Notes under the pieces: model-generated | The model's database searches: none | Seen by the model: only the letters and a program-made list of their open reading frames with translations | What the model was told of the DNA's origin: nothing | Source of the DNA: Nitrosopumilus sp. | GTDB taxonomy: Archaea; Thermoproteota; Nitrososphaeria; Nitrososphaerales; Nitrosopumilaceae | Assembly (NCBI GenBank): GCA_963662625.1 | Contig: OY759726.1 | Span: 352,001 to 416,000 of the forward strand | Length of the DNA stretch: 64,000 nt | Direction: 5' to 3' | Made by a program: the position numbers and the translations under genes | In this document: positions 28,408 to 39,004 of the stretch, in pieces | Numbering within the stretch: position 1 is the stretch's first letter | How the letters are laid out: each line of letters begins with the position of its first letter

Positions 28408-31400
28408 TCACGGCGGCACCAGGCCGATCTCCATGGGAACGGTGGAGCCCGGCGCGGGGTCGGCAACTGTCAGCATTCCCGGAACCCTGGATGCGGGATC
28501 CCCGGGGGAAGTCGCATGCCAGTACAGGAGTACTGCTTGCGCACGAAAGTCCGCGGGAACGATGTCCGTGGATGCGGTGCCGCCTGCGTCGGTGACCACA
28601 TCCCACGTTTCGCCCGTGGAGTACGTGTGTATGCGGACGGTCACTCCGGGCAACGCGGGCTCTCCGGCGTCCCTGGTGCCGTCGTAGTCTAGGTCGCGGA
28701 ATGTCGTGACGTTGAGGGTGACCGCCTCGGACGGCAACACCGGACGGAACCCCGCGTCAAACGTCGCGGTCTTGCCCGGTCCAGGACTCACGTACGCGTA
28801 GAACGGACCGGTGGTGATGACGTGATCAAACGGAAAGTACGAAGTCTGCACCAGTACCGTTTCGTCCATGGCGTTTATGCCAAATATGTACGTGCCTCCT
28901 GCGTCGGTAACCGCTTCCAAAACGGCATGTGGGCTTGCGGGGTCTATCACATGCATCGTGTACCCGGGGATTCCTGCCTCTCCCGCGTCCCTTGTGCCGT
29001 TGCCGTTCGTGTCGTAGAACACCGTGCCTGCCACGATCACCGGGGCGGCCGTGGGGCCGTCTGCAACCGTGACGGTGATGCCCATTGAGCTGGGATGCCC
29101 AAAGCCGCCGGAGGACACCACGGTGATGTCGTAGGACGCCTTTGCGTACTCGGCAGACTTGGACAGGAGCACGTTTCCGCGCACCTCGAACAGATCCCCG
29201 TCTCCTTCCGGGACCACGCTGTACGAGGGGTTCTGCCCGTCAAGGAACCTGTTCTGCGCCGCGAGGGTAGTTACTGCGAGGTCGCCAACTGCCACCTCGG
29301 TATCGCCCGGCACGACGTACCAGTCTCCCAGATCTTGGTTGAACGAGTCCGCGCCTGAGAACATGCCGGACATGTCGGTGGCGGCAGAGACGTCCCAGGA
29401 GTCCAGGGGCTGGTTGAAGGATCCAGCATCCCGGAACATGCTCGACATGTAGGCGACACTTGAGACGTCCCAGGAGCCCAGGGGCTGGTTGAAGGATTCA
29501 GCATCCCGGAACATGTCGGACATGTCGGTGGCGGCAGAGACGTCCCAGGAGTCCAGGGGCTGGTTGAAGGAGGATGCAAACGCGAACACGCCGTACATGT
29601 CGGTGGCGGCAGAGACGTCCCAGGAGTCCAGGGGCTGGTCGAAGGAGAAGGCACCCATGAACATGCCGGACATGTCGGTGGCGGCAGAGACGTCCCAGGA
29701 GTCCAGGGGCTGGTCGAAGGAGTTCGCTCCCGCTAACATGCCGGACATGTCGGTGGCGGCAGAGACGTCCCAGGCGTCAAGGGGCTGGTTGAAGGATTCA
29801 GCATCCCGGAACATGCCGGACATGTCCGTCACGCCAGACACGTCCCAAGAGGAGATGCCGCCGTTGAAAGAGGATGCACCATGGAACATACGGGACATGT
29901 CGGTGACCTCGGCGAGGTCAGGGGCGTCCGTCGCGTTGTATGTCATGTTGGCCGCGTCTCGGAACGCCGACTCCATCGTGGTCCACTCTGCGGTGCCCCA
30001 CTGGTCTATCGAGCGCAGCTTGGCGGCGTTCTCTGGATCCCCGCCCAGGTAGATCCTCGTAAAGTCGCCGTACACCTGCACGGTCCATGTGCCGGGGGAG
30101 GTGTAAATGTGGGTAGTGTCAGACCTATGCATGCTAACGTGTCCGTCCCCCCAGTCGACTGCATAAGTGCCGGTGGCATCACCTACAGGGATCGTGATTG
30201 TTTCCCCAGGATAGTCAGTCTGCCACGTAGTGACAAACCGGTCGGATGTCGCAGGCGGCTGTATTGGTGGGACTACCGTGATGGTCAGGCTAATGGAGTT
30301 GGGCGACGAAAAGCCCCCGGTGGACACTATGGTGATGTCGTAGGAGGGCTTTGTGTATGTGGGTAATTTGTATTGGAGTACATTCCCATACATCTCGAAC
30401 ATGTCCCCGTCGCCTTCCGGCACGACAGTATATGTGGGGTTCTGCCCCTCAAGGTATCCATTCTGCGCCGTGATAGCAGTTACCATGACCGCGTCGTGGA
30501 ATACCATGGTGGAGACAGGCACGATGTACCAGTCTCCCAGATCTTGGTTGAACGAGTCCGCGCCTGAGAACATGCCGTACATGTAGGTGGCGGCAGAGAC
30601 GTCCCAGGAGTCCAGGGGCTGGTCGAAGGATCCAGCATCCCAGAACATGCTTGACATGTCGGTGACGCTTGAGACGTCCCAGTCGCCCAGATCCTGGTTG
30701 AACGAGTCCGCGCCTGAGAACATGCCGTACATGTAGGTGGCGGCAGAGACGTCCCAGGAGTCCAGGGGCTGGTCGAAGGATCCAGCATCCCGGAACATGC
30801 TTGACATGTCGGTGACGCTTGAGACGTCCCAGGAGTCCAGGGGCTGGTCGAAGGATCCAGCATCCCGGAACATGCTTGACATGTAGGTGACGCTTGAGAC
30901 GTCCCAGTCGCCCAGATCTTGGTTGAACGAGTCCGCGCCTGAGAACATGAAGGACATGTAGGTGGCGGCAGAGACGTCCCAGGAGTCCAGGGGCTGGTCG
31001 AAGGATCCAGCATCCCGGAACATGCTTGACATGTCGGTGACGCTTGAGACATCCCAGGAGTCGAGGGGCTGGTCGAAGGAGGCGTTCTGGGCGAACATAT
31101 GATTCATGTCCGTCACGCCTGACACGTCCCAGGAGTCCAGGGGCTGGTCGAAGGAGGATGCAAACGCGAACATGCCGGACATGTCGGTGGCGGCAGAGAC
31201 GTCCCAGGAGTCCAGGGGCTGGTCGAAGGAGGATGCAAACGCGAACATGCCGGACATGTCGGTGACACTTGAGACATTCCAGGAGTCGAGGGGCTGGTCG
31301 AAGGAGGCGTTCTGGGCGAACATATGATTCATGTCCGTCACGCCCGACACGTCCCAGGAGTCCAGGGGCTGGTCGAAGGAGTTCGCTCCCTCGAACATCC

Positions 31401-32352
31401 AGCTCATGTCCGTCACGCCCGACACGTCCCAGGAGTCCAGGGGCTGGTCGAAGGAGGCGTTCTGGGCGAACATATGATTCATGTCCGTCACGCCCGACAC
31501 GTCCCAGGAGTCCAAGGGCTGGTCGAAGGAGGCGGCGTCCTTGAACATCCCCTCCATGTCCGTCACGCCCGACACGTCCCAGGAGTCCAAGGGCTGGTCG
31601 AAGGAGGCGGCGTCCTTGAACATCCCCTCCATGTCCGTCACGCCCGACACGTCCCAGGAGTCCAGGGGCTGGTTGAAGGAGTCCGCGCCCGTGAACATCC
31701 AGCTCATGTCCGTCACGCCCGACACGTCCCAAGAGGAGGTGCCGCCGTTGAAGGAGGATGCACCATGGAACATACTGGACATGTCGGTGACCTCGGCGAG
31801 GTCAGGGGCGTCCGTCGCGTTGTATGTCATGTTGGCCGCGTCTCGGAACGCCGACTCCATCGTGGTCCACTCTGCGGTGCCCCACTGGTCTATCGAGCGC
31901 AGCTTGGCGGCGTTCTCTGGATCCCCGCCCAGGTAGATCCTCGCAAAGTCCCCCCACACCTGCACGGTGTAAATCCCGGGTGAGTCGTATTCGTGCGTGG
32001 CGTCGCCCGAATGCGTGCCGGTGCTACCGTCCCCCCAGTCCACCGCATAGGTGCCCTCGGCGTCCCCGACGGGGATTGTTATGGACTCCCCGGCGGCGCC
32101 GGTCTCCCAGGTGGTGATGAAGAGGCTTTCGGGCAGCGGCATGGATCCGGCGGGCCCCGCCGGGCTGCCTGCGTGCGTCATGCCTCCGTCTCCCGCGCCC
32201 AGTGCTACAGGCGATGCCACGATCGCGGACGCCATCGCCGCGACTGCGAGACAAAGCACCAAACGCGTTATCAGCACGCGCGCGTTCCTCCCAGTGGGGA
32301 AAGACAGACCGATCCAGCGAACCGTGGCGATCCCGACCCCCAATGACTGCAT
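28408..32352 (-). CDS. BspA/DUF285 leucine-rich-repeat surface protein with PKD-like and SdrD-B-like domains
   Basis: Many 25-aa MF..A.SF(D/N)QPLDSWDVS repeats; two VDWGDG modules; C-terminal DTNGNGTRDAGE and DYDGTRDAGE; signal-like segment; start uncertain. Confidence 0.9.
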   Translation of the reverse strand: MQSLGVGIATVRWIGLSFPTGRNARVLITRLVLCLAVAAMASAIVASPVALGAGDGGMTHAGSPAGPAGSMPLPESLFITTWETGAAGESITIPVGDAEGTYAVDWGDGSTGTHSGDATHEYDSPGIYTVQVWGDFARIYLGGDPENAAKLRSIDQWGTAEWTTMESAFRDAANMTYNATDAPDLAEVTDMSSMFHGASSFNGGTSSWDVSGVTDMSWMFTGADSFNQPLDSWDVSGVTDMEGMFKDAASFDQPLDSWDVSGVTDMEGMFKDAASFDQPLDSWDVSGVTDMNHMFAQNASFDQPLDSWDVSGVTDMSWMFEGANSFDQPLDSWDVSGVTDMNHMFAQNASFDQPLDSWNVSSVTDMSGMFAFASSFDQPLDSWDVSAATDMSGMFAFASSFDQPLDSWDVSGVTDMNHMFAQNASFDQPLDSWDVSSVTDMSSMFRDAGSFDQPLDSWDVSAATYMSFMFSGADSFNQDLGDWDVSSVTYMSSMFRDAGSFDQPLDSWDVSSVTDMSSMFRDAGSFDQPLDSWDVSAATYMYGMFSGADSFNQDLGDWDVSSVTDMSSMFWDAGSFDQPLDSWDVSAATYMYGMFSGADSFNQDLGDWYIVPVSTMVFHDAVMVTAITAQNGYLEGQNPTYTVVPEGDGDMFEMYGNVLQYKLPTYTKPSYDITIVSTGGFSSPNSISLTITVVPPIQPPATSDRFVTTWQTDYPGETITIPVGDATGTYAVDWGDGHVSMHRSDTTHIYTSPGTWTVQVYGDFTRIYLGGDPENAAKLRSIDQWGTAEWTTMESAFRDAANMTYNATDAPDLAEVTDMSRMFHGASSFNGGISSWDVSGVTDMSGMFRDAESFNQPLDAWDVSAATDMSGMLAGANSFDQPLDSWDVSAATDMSGMFMGAFSFDQPLDSWDVSAATDMYGVFAFASSFNQPLDSWDVSAATDMSDMFRDAESFNQPLGSWDVSSVAYMSSMFRDAGSFNQPLDSWDVSAATDMSGMFSGADSFNQDLGDWYVVPGDTEVAVGDLAVTTLAAQNRFLDGQNPSYSVVPEGDGDLFEVRGNVLLSKSAEYAKASYDITVVSSGGFGHPSSMGITVTVADGPTAAPVIVAGTVFYDTNGNGTRDAGEAGIPGYTMHVIDPASPHAVLEAVTDAGGTYIFGINAMDETVLVQTSYFPFDHVITTGPFYAYVSPGPGKTATFDAGFRPVLPSEAVTLNVTTFRDLDYDGTRDAGEPALPGVTVRIHTYSTGETWDVVTDAGGTASTDIVPADFRAQAVLLYWHATSPGDPASRVPGMLTVADPAPGSTVPMEIGLVPP
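29330..31790 (-). repeat. Two arrays of 75-bp DUF285 repeat units (approx. 29330-29900 and 30530-31790)
   Basis: GTCCCAGGAGTCCAGGGGCTGGTCGAAGGA core recurs at 75-bp period. Confidence 0.92.
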
Positions 32353-32629
32353 GCCCTAGCATTGCCCCCGTCGCACATAAATGCAGATGGTTTGCGGCAA
32401 GGCCTTGGCCGGATTCGCGCCTGGGCGGAAAGTGTCGGCGGCAGGTTTTGTTCATGCCGTGTCCGGTACCTGACGATGTACCGTCAGCCCGCACACCGAC
32501 AGATCCGCGCCGGATTTACACCTGGTGGGAAGCCGGACACAGCTTGCGTTCTCGTAGTGCCGGCGGCCCTGAACACGCACGCCGGCCCAGACAGTGTATT
32601 TATTAGGCACGGCCCAATTCCAAGTCAGC

Positions 32630-33643
32630 TTGAAGATCGCGGTGATGGGAATGGGAGTGGCAGGATCCTACCTTATGGCAAGGCTCAAGGGCTCCGAACA
32701 CGACGTCACAGGGTATGAGCGGATGCCCGCAGAAAGGCATGACTCCATCTGCGCATGGGGAACGATAAAGTCGGAACTGTCGGAGTTCTGCAAGAAGACC
32801 GGGAGAAACTTTGACGACTATGTAATACATGACGGAAAAAGCATGCACGTAAAGATGAACGACAACGTCAAGTTTGACATCGGCCTGAAGGGGCTGTGCA
32901 CGTACGACAAGCTGGGCCTGATCCGGGACTTTATCAAGGACTCCAACGTGGTTTACGGCCGGTCGCCCAAGCTGGAAGACTTGGAAAAAGAGTACGACAT
33001 GATAGTCGACTGCACCGGATTTCACAGGGTGTACCTGCCGAGGCTTGCCGAGGACTTTTTCCTGCCCACGTATGAATACAAGGTGGAGTACGAGAACGGG
33101 CTGCCGTATGAAGACTTTTACATAGAGCCGTTCCCTGGCATGTCTGGGTACTTTTGGTACTTCCCGCTTGGGGAGAAGTGGGCCCACATAGGCGCCGGCG
33201 ACTACCGCAAGAACCACATAAAGGCGACCGACGGGTTCCTGAAAAAACACGGCGGCAGGGTGGTTGCGACCAAGGGCAGGCCGATCAGGCTCGCGACGCC
33301 GGACAGGTGCAAGCCCTACTACTCTGGAAAGGTGGTGGGAGTGGGGGAATCGATCGGGACGGTGTACGCCCTGCTCGGCGAGGGGATAATCCCGTCAATG
33401 CAGTGCGCCGAAATATTCCTGGAGAACATGCGCGACTTTAAGGCCTACGAGAAGGCGGTGGAGGACCACTTCAAGGTGTACGCCAAGGTGTTCAACTTTG
33501 TAAGGGCAAAGATACGCAAGGACTTTAGCATCCTAAAGTCGCTGCCAGACTTTATAGCCATATTCCGATACATGAAAAAACACGAGGACCGGTTCGGGAT
33601 GGACATCAGGATGGCAGACCTGATGAAGGTGGCAAAGGCCTAG
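32630..33643 (+). CDS. NAD(P)/FAD-dependent oxidoreductase (geranylgeranyl-reductase-like)
   Basis: GMGVAG Rossmann motif, GYFWYFP, VGESIG..ALLGEGI. Confidence 0.85.
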   Translation: MKIAVMGMGVAGSYLMARLKGSEHDVTGYERMPAERHDSICAWGTIKSELSEFCKKTGRNFDDYVIHDGKSMHVKMNDNVKFDIGLKGLCTYDKLGLIRDFIKDSNVVYGRSPKLEDLEKEYDMIVDCTGFHRVYLPRLAEDFFLPTYEYKVEYENGLPYEDFYIEPFPGMSGYFWYFPLGEKWAHIGAGDYRKNHIKATDGFLKKHGGRVVATKGRPIRLATPDRCKPYYSGKVVGVGESIGTVYALLGEGIIPSMQCAEIFLENMRDFKAYEKAVEDHFKVYAKVFNFVRAKIRKDFSILKSLPDFIAIFRYMKKHEDRFGMDIRMADLMKVAKA

Positions 33644-33719
33644 GGCGTGCGCAACGCGGCGGCCCAACGGGCCAGGCCGGGGTGCCATGACCAGTGCGCC
33701 AAAACGCGCCCCGCGGCCC

Positions 33720-35056
33720 CAGTAGATCGAAATGTACCCCTGTGGGGCGTTGGCCAGCATGTATTGACCTGGCACTGGAACGTTTTGGACAGAAAAACCA
33801 ATGGATCAGGCGCCCCTGTCATCCGTCATGTACAACCAAAACGAACCGCAGGGGCACCGACTCAGGGTGGCCGGCAAGGCGTTTAAAATGTTGCCCGGGC
33901 TGCTGGAGAGGGCGGGCATCGGGTTCTCGGGCCGGCACAACGCCGTGTACGGCATGGCCGACTTCGTGCGCGTTCTGGTGTCCATGTGCAGGGACCGCGC
34001 GTGCGCGTCTGGCGCCACCGGGACGCTCGCCGTGCGCCACGGGCCCCGCCGCGTGCCGTCGTCGGCGTGGGTGCTCTCCAGGATACGGGGGGCGTGCCCC
34101 GAACCGGACGCCATGCGGGAGCGGTGCGCCGGCGCCCTCGCATCCACCGTGCGGGATGCCGGGCGGTCGAGGATCCTCAGGCGGATCCGCTGCGTCGTGG
34201 CCCTGGACTACCACCTGATACCCAGGTACGACAGGGATCCCGCGACCAGGGAGGAGCAGCTGGTGCGCGCGAGGCACAGGTCCGGGACGTCGCGCTTCGA
34301 GGGGTACGCCACCGCCCAGATGGTGGACGGGCCGGGGCTGAACCTGGCGTGCAGGCCCAAGGGGGGGAGCACGGGGGCCGGAATCGTGCGCGAGCTGCTG
34401 CGTGACTGCGCTGGCGTGGGCGTCCGCCCCAGGCTGGTCCTGCTGGACCGGGGATTCTTCTCGGCAGGGGTCGTCGGGGAGCTGTCCGGGTCGGGCCACA
34501 GGTTCATCATGCCCGCGTCGCGGACTGCCGGGATAAAGAGGGCCGTGGGGGAGCACGCCCGCGGGGAGAGGGCCGCGGTGTCCCCGCACGCCCTGACGCC
34601 CCAGGACAGGAAGGCCAGCGAGCCGTTCACCCTGGTGATAGTCCCGAAGAAGGAGGGCGAGGACGGGTGGGACTCGGGGGACGCGCAGGAGAGGTACCTG
34701 GCGTACGCCACCAACGCGGACGCCGGCAGGGCGGTGCGCGCCGCCGACGTCCCTGACGAGTACCGGAAGAGGTGGGGGATAGAGACCGGGTACAGGGACG
34801 CCGAGAAGGCCAGGCCCAGGACCACCAGCCCGGACGCCTCGGTCAGGACGTTCCTGTTCTTCATGGCGCTGGTGATGTACAACCTGTGGATGATGTCGGT
34901 GGAATGGTCCGCCGGGTGGTACGGGAGCCGCGACACCGCCTCGATCCGGCTGGCGGTCATGCTGGAGTGCATGGTGGGGATGGCTGCGGGCGGGACGGAT
35001 GGCTGCCGGGCGTGGCCCAACCAGTCGTCTGGCGGCTAGTACATTTCGATCTACTG
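33720..35056 (+). mobile_element. ISH3/IS4-superfamily insertion sequence (1337 bp)
   Basis: Perfect 18-bp TIR CAGTAGATCGAAATGTAC (33720-33737, 35039-35056); no direct TSD. Confidence 0.92.
33801..35039 (+). CDS. ISH3-family DDE transposase, catalytic motifs intact
   Basis: VALDYH, LLDRGFFS, YRKRWGIETGYR. Confidence 0.88.
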   Translation: MDQAPLSSVMYNQNEPQGHRLRVAGKAFKMLPGLLERAGIGFSGRHNAVYGMADFVRVLVSMCRDRACASGATGTLAVRHGPRRVPSSAWVLSRIRGACPEPDAMRERCAGALASTVRDAGRSRILRRIRCVVALDYHLIPRYDRDPATREEQLVRARHRSGTSRFEGYATAQMVDGPGLNLACRPKGGSTGAGIVRELLRDCAGVGVRPRLVLLDRGFFSAGVVGELSGSGHRFIMPASRTAGIKRAVGEHARGERAAVSPHALTPQDRKASEPFTLVIVPKKEGEDGWDSGDAQERYLAYATNADAGRAVRAADVPDEYRKRWGIETGYRDAEKARPRTTSPDASVRTFLFFMALVMYNLWMMSVEWSAGWYGSRDTASIRLAVMLECMVGMAAGGTDGCRAWPNQSSGG

Positions 35057-36090
35057 GGGCCGGCCAGCGCCGGGCCGATGACCCACCCTATGCCAAAGAC
35101 CGTCTCGTATGCCCCGATGGCCTTTCCGGACGCCGCCCCTTGCGTTCTGCTCAGGACTATCTCGAGCGTCAGCGGGAAGAATATCCCGAACCCGAACCCC
35201 ATCAGCAGCAGCGCGGCGGCGAACCCCGCCGCGGAGTCCGCCGCGGCCGAGAGCGCCAGGCCCGCCGACACCGCCAGCGCGGCGAACACCAGGGTCGTGC
35301 CGGTCCTTCGCGCAAGGCGGCCGCCGACGGCGAGCGACGCGATCCTGGAAATCCCGAAGACAAAGTACAGCAGCAGGACGTCTACGTCCGAGATCCCCCC
35401 GTCGTTGAGGAACGCGGGGTAGATCGAGAGTATCACCCCAAACGACGACGTGAAGAAGATCACCAGGACGATCACCTCGGGGAATTTTTTCATCTCCCCG
35501 AATGACGCCATGCTGAACCGCTTGCCGCCGCCCGCCGCGTCGCTTCGAGATGCCAGCAGCGCCGAGATTATGGCGGTGGCCAGGATGAGCGCGGTGACCT
35601 GGAACAGCGCCCTGTAGGTCATGTCGGCGTCCTCCAGCAGCACGGTGCCCGCCAGGGGGCCGGCCATGAACCCGGTCACGAAGAACATCGTGAACCACGA
35701 GATGTTCCGCACCCTGTCCCCCTCGCCGCTGTGCTGCGAGATGATGGACTCGCACGGGGGCCAGAAGAACGCGTGCGCTATCCCCGTCAGGACGCGGAAC
35801 CCCATGATCTCCGGGATCGACTGCGCCACGGACAGGAGGTAGATCGACGCCGCATTCAGCGCGGATCCCAGCGCCAGGAGGCGGCCGCCGCTGAACCTGT
35901 CCAGCAGCGCCCCCACGAACAGGGGGATGAACATGTACGGGAGGAAGTTCACCAGCCCCACGAGGCCCAGTTCGGAGTACGACGCCCCGATGACGTTCTT
36001 TGCAAACAGCGGAAGGATCGGCCCGTGGAGCCCGTACGAGATCCCGATGATCAGGCCCGTGGCGTTTACGAGTATCAGGGCCCTGTTCAT
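35057..36090 (-). pseudogene. MFS transporter truncated at C-terminus by the IS (reads through to 34957)
   Basis: Multi-TM ORF, GALLDRFSGGR motif; hydrophobic pattern stops at GPALAGP exactly at the TIR. Confidence 0.8.
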
Positions 36091-36776
36091 TTGTATGCGG
36101 CCACCATTATGGCCCCGCCCATAAGATCCTTCTCGAACTCGACTTTGGGGAATTTTTCCAGCAGCAGTTTTTCCAGCATCTTGTTCCGCGGCCACCTCTT
36201 GTACGTGCCGTAGAGCGTCCCGAACTTCAGCCCCAGCCTGCCGCCCACGAGCAGCGCGAGCAGTGGCATGACGCACCTCAGGTAAAAGGAGGCGCCGCAC
36301 CTGGCCGCCGCGTTGTCGGGCTTTCCCAGGTCCACTACCACCAGCCTGCCCCCGTCCTTGAGCACCCGGTGGGCCTCGGATATGGCGATCCTCAGGTTTA
36401 TCGCGTCCCGCAGGGAATAACCGCACAGCACGGCGTCAAACTCCCCGTCCCTGAATGGGATATGCTCAAATACCCCGCTCGCCATGTCGGGAGCCCTCTC
36501 AAAGTGCCTGCCCGTGTTCTTTAGCATCGGGACGAGCGGGTCGTAGAGCGTGATCGAGATCCTGCCCCCGCACAGCTCCGACGCCGTCTTGGACATGTTG
36601 CCAAACCCCGAACCCGCGTCCAGGACCCTGTCGCCGGGCAGCACCCTGCCCCGGATTCCCCTGTTCCGGTGCTCCGCGTCCTTTCCGAGGGAGATGTACG
36701 AGTTTACCCTGTCGTAGACCGGGATGATCTCCCGGAGCACCTCCATTACCTCGCCCCAGTAGCTGCCCAGCCCCAT
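36087..36776 (-). CDS. UbiE/MenG-like class I SAM methyltransferase
   Basis: YDRVNSYISLG, VLDAGSGFG, IPFRDGEFD, HRVLKDGG. Confidence 0.88.
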   Translation of the reverse strand: MGLGSYWGEVMEVLREIIPVYDRVNSYISLGKDAEHRNRGIRGRVLPGDRVLDAGSGFGNMSKTASELCGGRISITLYDPLVPMLKNTGRHFERAPDMASGVFEHIPFRDGEFDAVLCGYSLRDAINLRIAISEAHRVLKDGGRLVVVDLGKPDNAAARCGASFYLRCVMPLLALLVGGRLGLKFGTLYGTYKRWPRNKMLEKLLLEKFPKVEFEKDLMGGAIMVAAYK

Positions 36777-36821
36777 ACCTACTGTCCCCGCAAGCCGGTT
36801 TGAATAGTTTTCAGATCGCGT

Positions 36822-37547
36822 CTACGCCGGGGCGAATTTTGGCGCGTCCTTGGAGTAGCCCGCGAGCTCGTCTTCCCGGATCTTCTCGAACAGCCTGCCC
36901 TCGGCCGTGATCTTTGCCATCTTTATGTGGTTGATCCCCTCCTTCTGTTCGGCCTTTATGTTGATCGCCGCGATTGCCAGGGACGCCGCGTCGTCCATCG
37001 TCATCCCGGGATCGTAGTGCTTTTCCAGGAACGAGTTGACGTCGTCGGAGCCGGCGCCGATCGCCACCGCCGCATACTGCACGTAGGCCCCGCTGGGATC
37101 CGTCACGTAGACGGACTCGCCCTTTTGATCGATTCCCGCGATGATCAGGGCCACGCCGTTCGGCCTCACTCCGGAATACTGGGTGAACTGGTGGGACTGG
37201 TCTGCCAGGTGCTTTGCGACGGTAGCTACCTCGACGGACTCGTCGTATGTCAGCCTGTTGCCCTGCGAAAAGAACCTCGCGTTGTCTACCTGCACCCGGG
37301 CGTCCGGGATGTAGCCGGCGGCCGCCACCCCGATGTGGTGGTCCACCTGGAAGATCTTCTGGGTGACGTTCGACGTCTGCAGGGATCTCGGCTTTTCCTC
37401 GACTGCCATTATCACCCCCTGCTTGGTGCCGATTCCCAGCGCCAGGGTTCCCCTCTTGACGGTCTCGATGGCATACTCCACCTGGTAGATCCTGCCGTCC
37501 GGGGAATACATTGTGGGCGTCATGTCGTACCCGCGCGATGCCATCAT
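36822..37547 (-). CDS. psmA: Proteasome subunit alpha
   Basis: GYDMTPTMYSPDGRIYQVEYA, RPNGVAL, TDPSG. Confidence 0.96.
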   Translation of the reverse strand: MMASRGYDMTPTMYSPDGRIYQVEYAIETVKRGTLALGIGTKQGVIMAVEEKPRSLQTSNVTQKIFQVDHHIGVAAAGYIPDARVQVDNARFFSQGNRLTYDESVEVATVAKHLADQSHQFTQYSGVRPNGVALIIAGIDQKGESVYVTDPSGAYVQYAAVAIGAGSDDVNSFLEKHYDPGMTMDDAASLAIAAINIKAEQKEGINHIKMAKITAEGRLFEKIREDELAGYSKDAPKFAPA

Positions 37548-37700
37548 GCCATGTCGACTCCTCTTCCAGTCAATTTAAGGGTAATTGTCGCGGCGTGCGG
37601 CGTTGACGGGCGCCTCGCGCGCCGCCGCCCCGCCCCTGCCCCAACCCGCATGCCGCGGATGCGGCCCGGATCAGAACCAGGGCGCGCCGCCAACCAAACC

Positions 37701-37708
37701 TATATAAC
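37701..37708 (+). promoter_or_regulatory. Putative TATA box for gdh
   Basis: TATATAAC ending 22 bp before ATG 37730. Confidence 0.55.
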
Positions 37709-37729
37709 ATAATCCGTGCAATCGTGGGC

Positions 37730-39004
37730 ATGGCCAGCGTGGATCCGTTTGCAAACGCGACGAAGCAGGTCAATGACGCCTGCGACATACTGAACATCAA
37801 GGACAAGCAGCTGCGCGAGTACCTTGCCATGCCCAACAGGGTCCTGAGGGTCAAGATCCCCGTTAGGATGGACAACGGCAAGATCAGGGTATTCACGGGC
37901 TTTAGGAGCCAGCACAACAACGACCGCGGCCCGTACAAGGGCGGGATCAGGTACTTCAACCCCGAGGGCGGGGTGGAGTACATGGAACGCGAGGTCATGG
38001 CGCTGTCCTCCTGGATGACGTGGAAGTGCGCCATCGTGGACATCCCGCTGGGCGGGGGAAAGGGCGGCATCTATGTCAACCCGAAGACCGAGAAGCTCAG
38101 CGACGGCGAGCTGGAAAGGCTCACCAGGGGGTACGCGTACAAGATTGCCGAGGTGATCGGCCCGGAGAAGGACATCCCGGCGCCCGACGTGTACACCACC
38201 GGCAGGGAGATGACCCAGATAATGGATACTTTTAGCAAGCTTAACGGGAACCGGCATTCCCCGGGCGTGATTACCGGCAAGCCGATCTCCATGGGGGGGT
38301 CGCTTGCCAGGAACGTGGCCACGGGCCTGGGCGCCGCATACTGCTGCAGGGAGGCTGCAAATGCGCTGAAGATAAAGCTGGCAGGCGCCAAGGTGGTCCT
38401 ACAGGGGTTCGGAAACGCGTCCACGTTTGCCGGAGAATACCTGGAAAAGATGGGCGCCAAGGTCATCGCCGTGAGCGACTCCAAGGGTTCCATCTCGATC
38501 CCGAAGGGCGCCAAGGTCAGCAAGATCCTGGCGCACAAGCAGGAGACGGGCTCCGTCGTGGGCTTCCAAGGCAGCAAGAAGATCACCACCGGGCAGCTTT
38601 TGACCACAAAGTGCGACGTGCTGGTTCCTGGCGCGCTGGAAAACCAGATCACCGCAAGGATCGCCAAGAACCTAAAGTGCAAGATCATCGCGGAGGCCGC
38701 GAACGGCCCGACGCTGCCAGAGGCAGACCCGATCATCCACAAGAAGAACATCCTGGTCATCCCGGACATCCTGGCGAACTCCGGCGGCGTCTGCATATCG
38801 TACCTGGAGTGGGTCCAGAACAACATGGGTTACTATTGGTCGTTTGACGAGGTCGCCGGCAAGATGGAGGCCAACATCACCAAGGGCTTCAAGGACGCCT
38901 ACGCGCTGTCCAAGAAGCACAAGATCGACATGAGGAGGGCCACGATGGCCCTGGCAGTCGAGAGGGTCGTCGAGGCGTTCGGCCACAAAGGCATCTGGCC
39001 CTAG
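37730..39004 (+). CDS. gdhA: Glutamate dehydrogenase (Glu/Leu/Phe/Val family)
   Basis: GPYKGGIR, PLGGGKGG, DIPAPD, QGFGN, EAANGP. Confidence 0.95.
   Translation: MASVDPFANATKQVNDACDILNIKDKQLREYLAMPNRVLRVKIPVRMDNGKIRVFTGFRSQHNNDRGPYKGGIRYFNPEGGVEYMEREVMALSSWMTWKCAIVDIPLGGGKGGIYVNPKTEKLSDGELERLTRGYAYKIAEVIGPEKDIPAPDVYTTGREMTQIMDTFSKLNGNRHSPGVITGKPISMGGSLARNVATGLGAAYCCREAANALKIKLAGAKVVLQGFGNASTFAGEYLEKMGAKVIAVSDSKGSISIPKGAKVSKILAHKQETGSVVGFQGSKKITTGQLLTTKCDVLVPGALENQITARIAKNLKCKIIAEAANGPTLPEADPIIHKKNILVIPDILANSGGVCISYLEWVQNNMGYYWSFDEVAGKMEANITKGFKDAYALSKKHKIDMRRATMALAVERVVEAFGHKGIWP

Noticed and set aside
29330-31790. 75-bp periodic array as CRISPR
   Set aside because: In-frame DUF285 protein repeats with reused variable segments.
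32408-32532. Imperfect direct repeat GCCGGATTCGCGCCTGG / GCCGGATTTACACCTGG upstream of the DUF285 gene
   Set aside because: Too short and degenerate to support an element or operator call.
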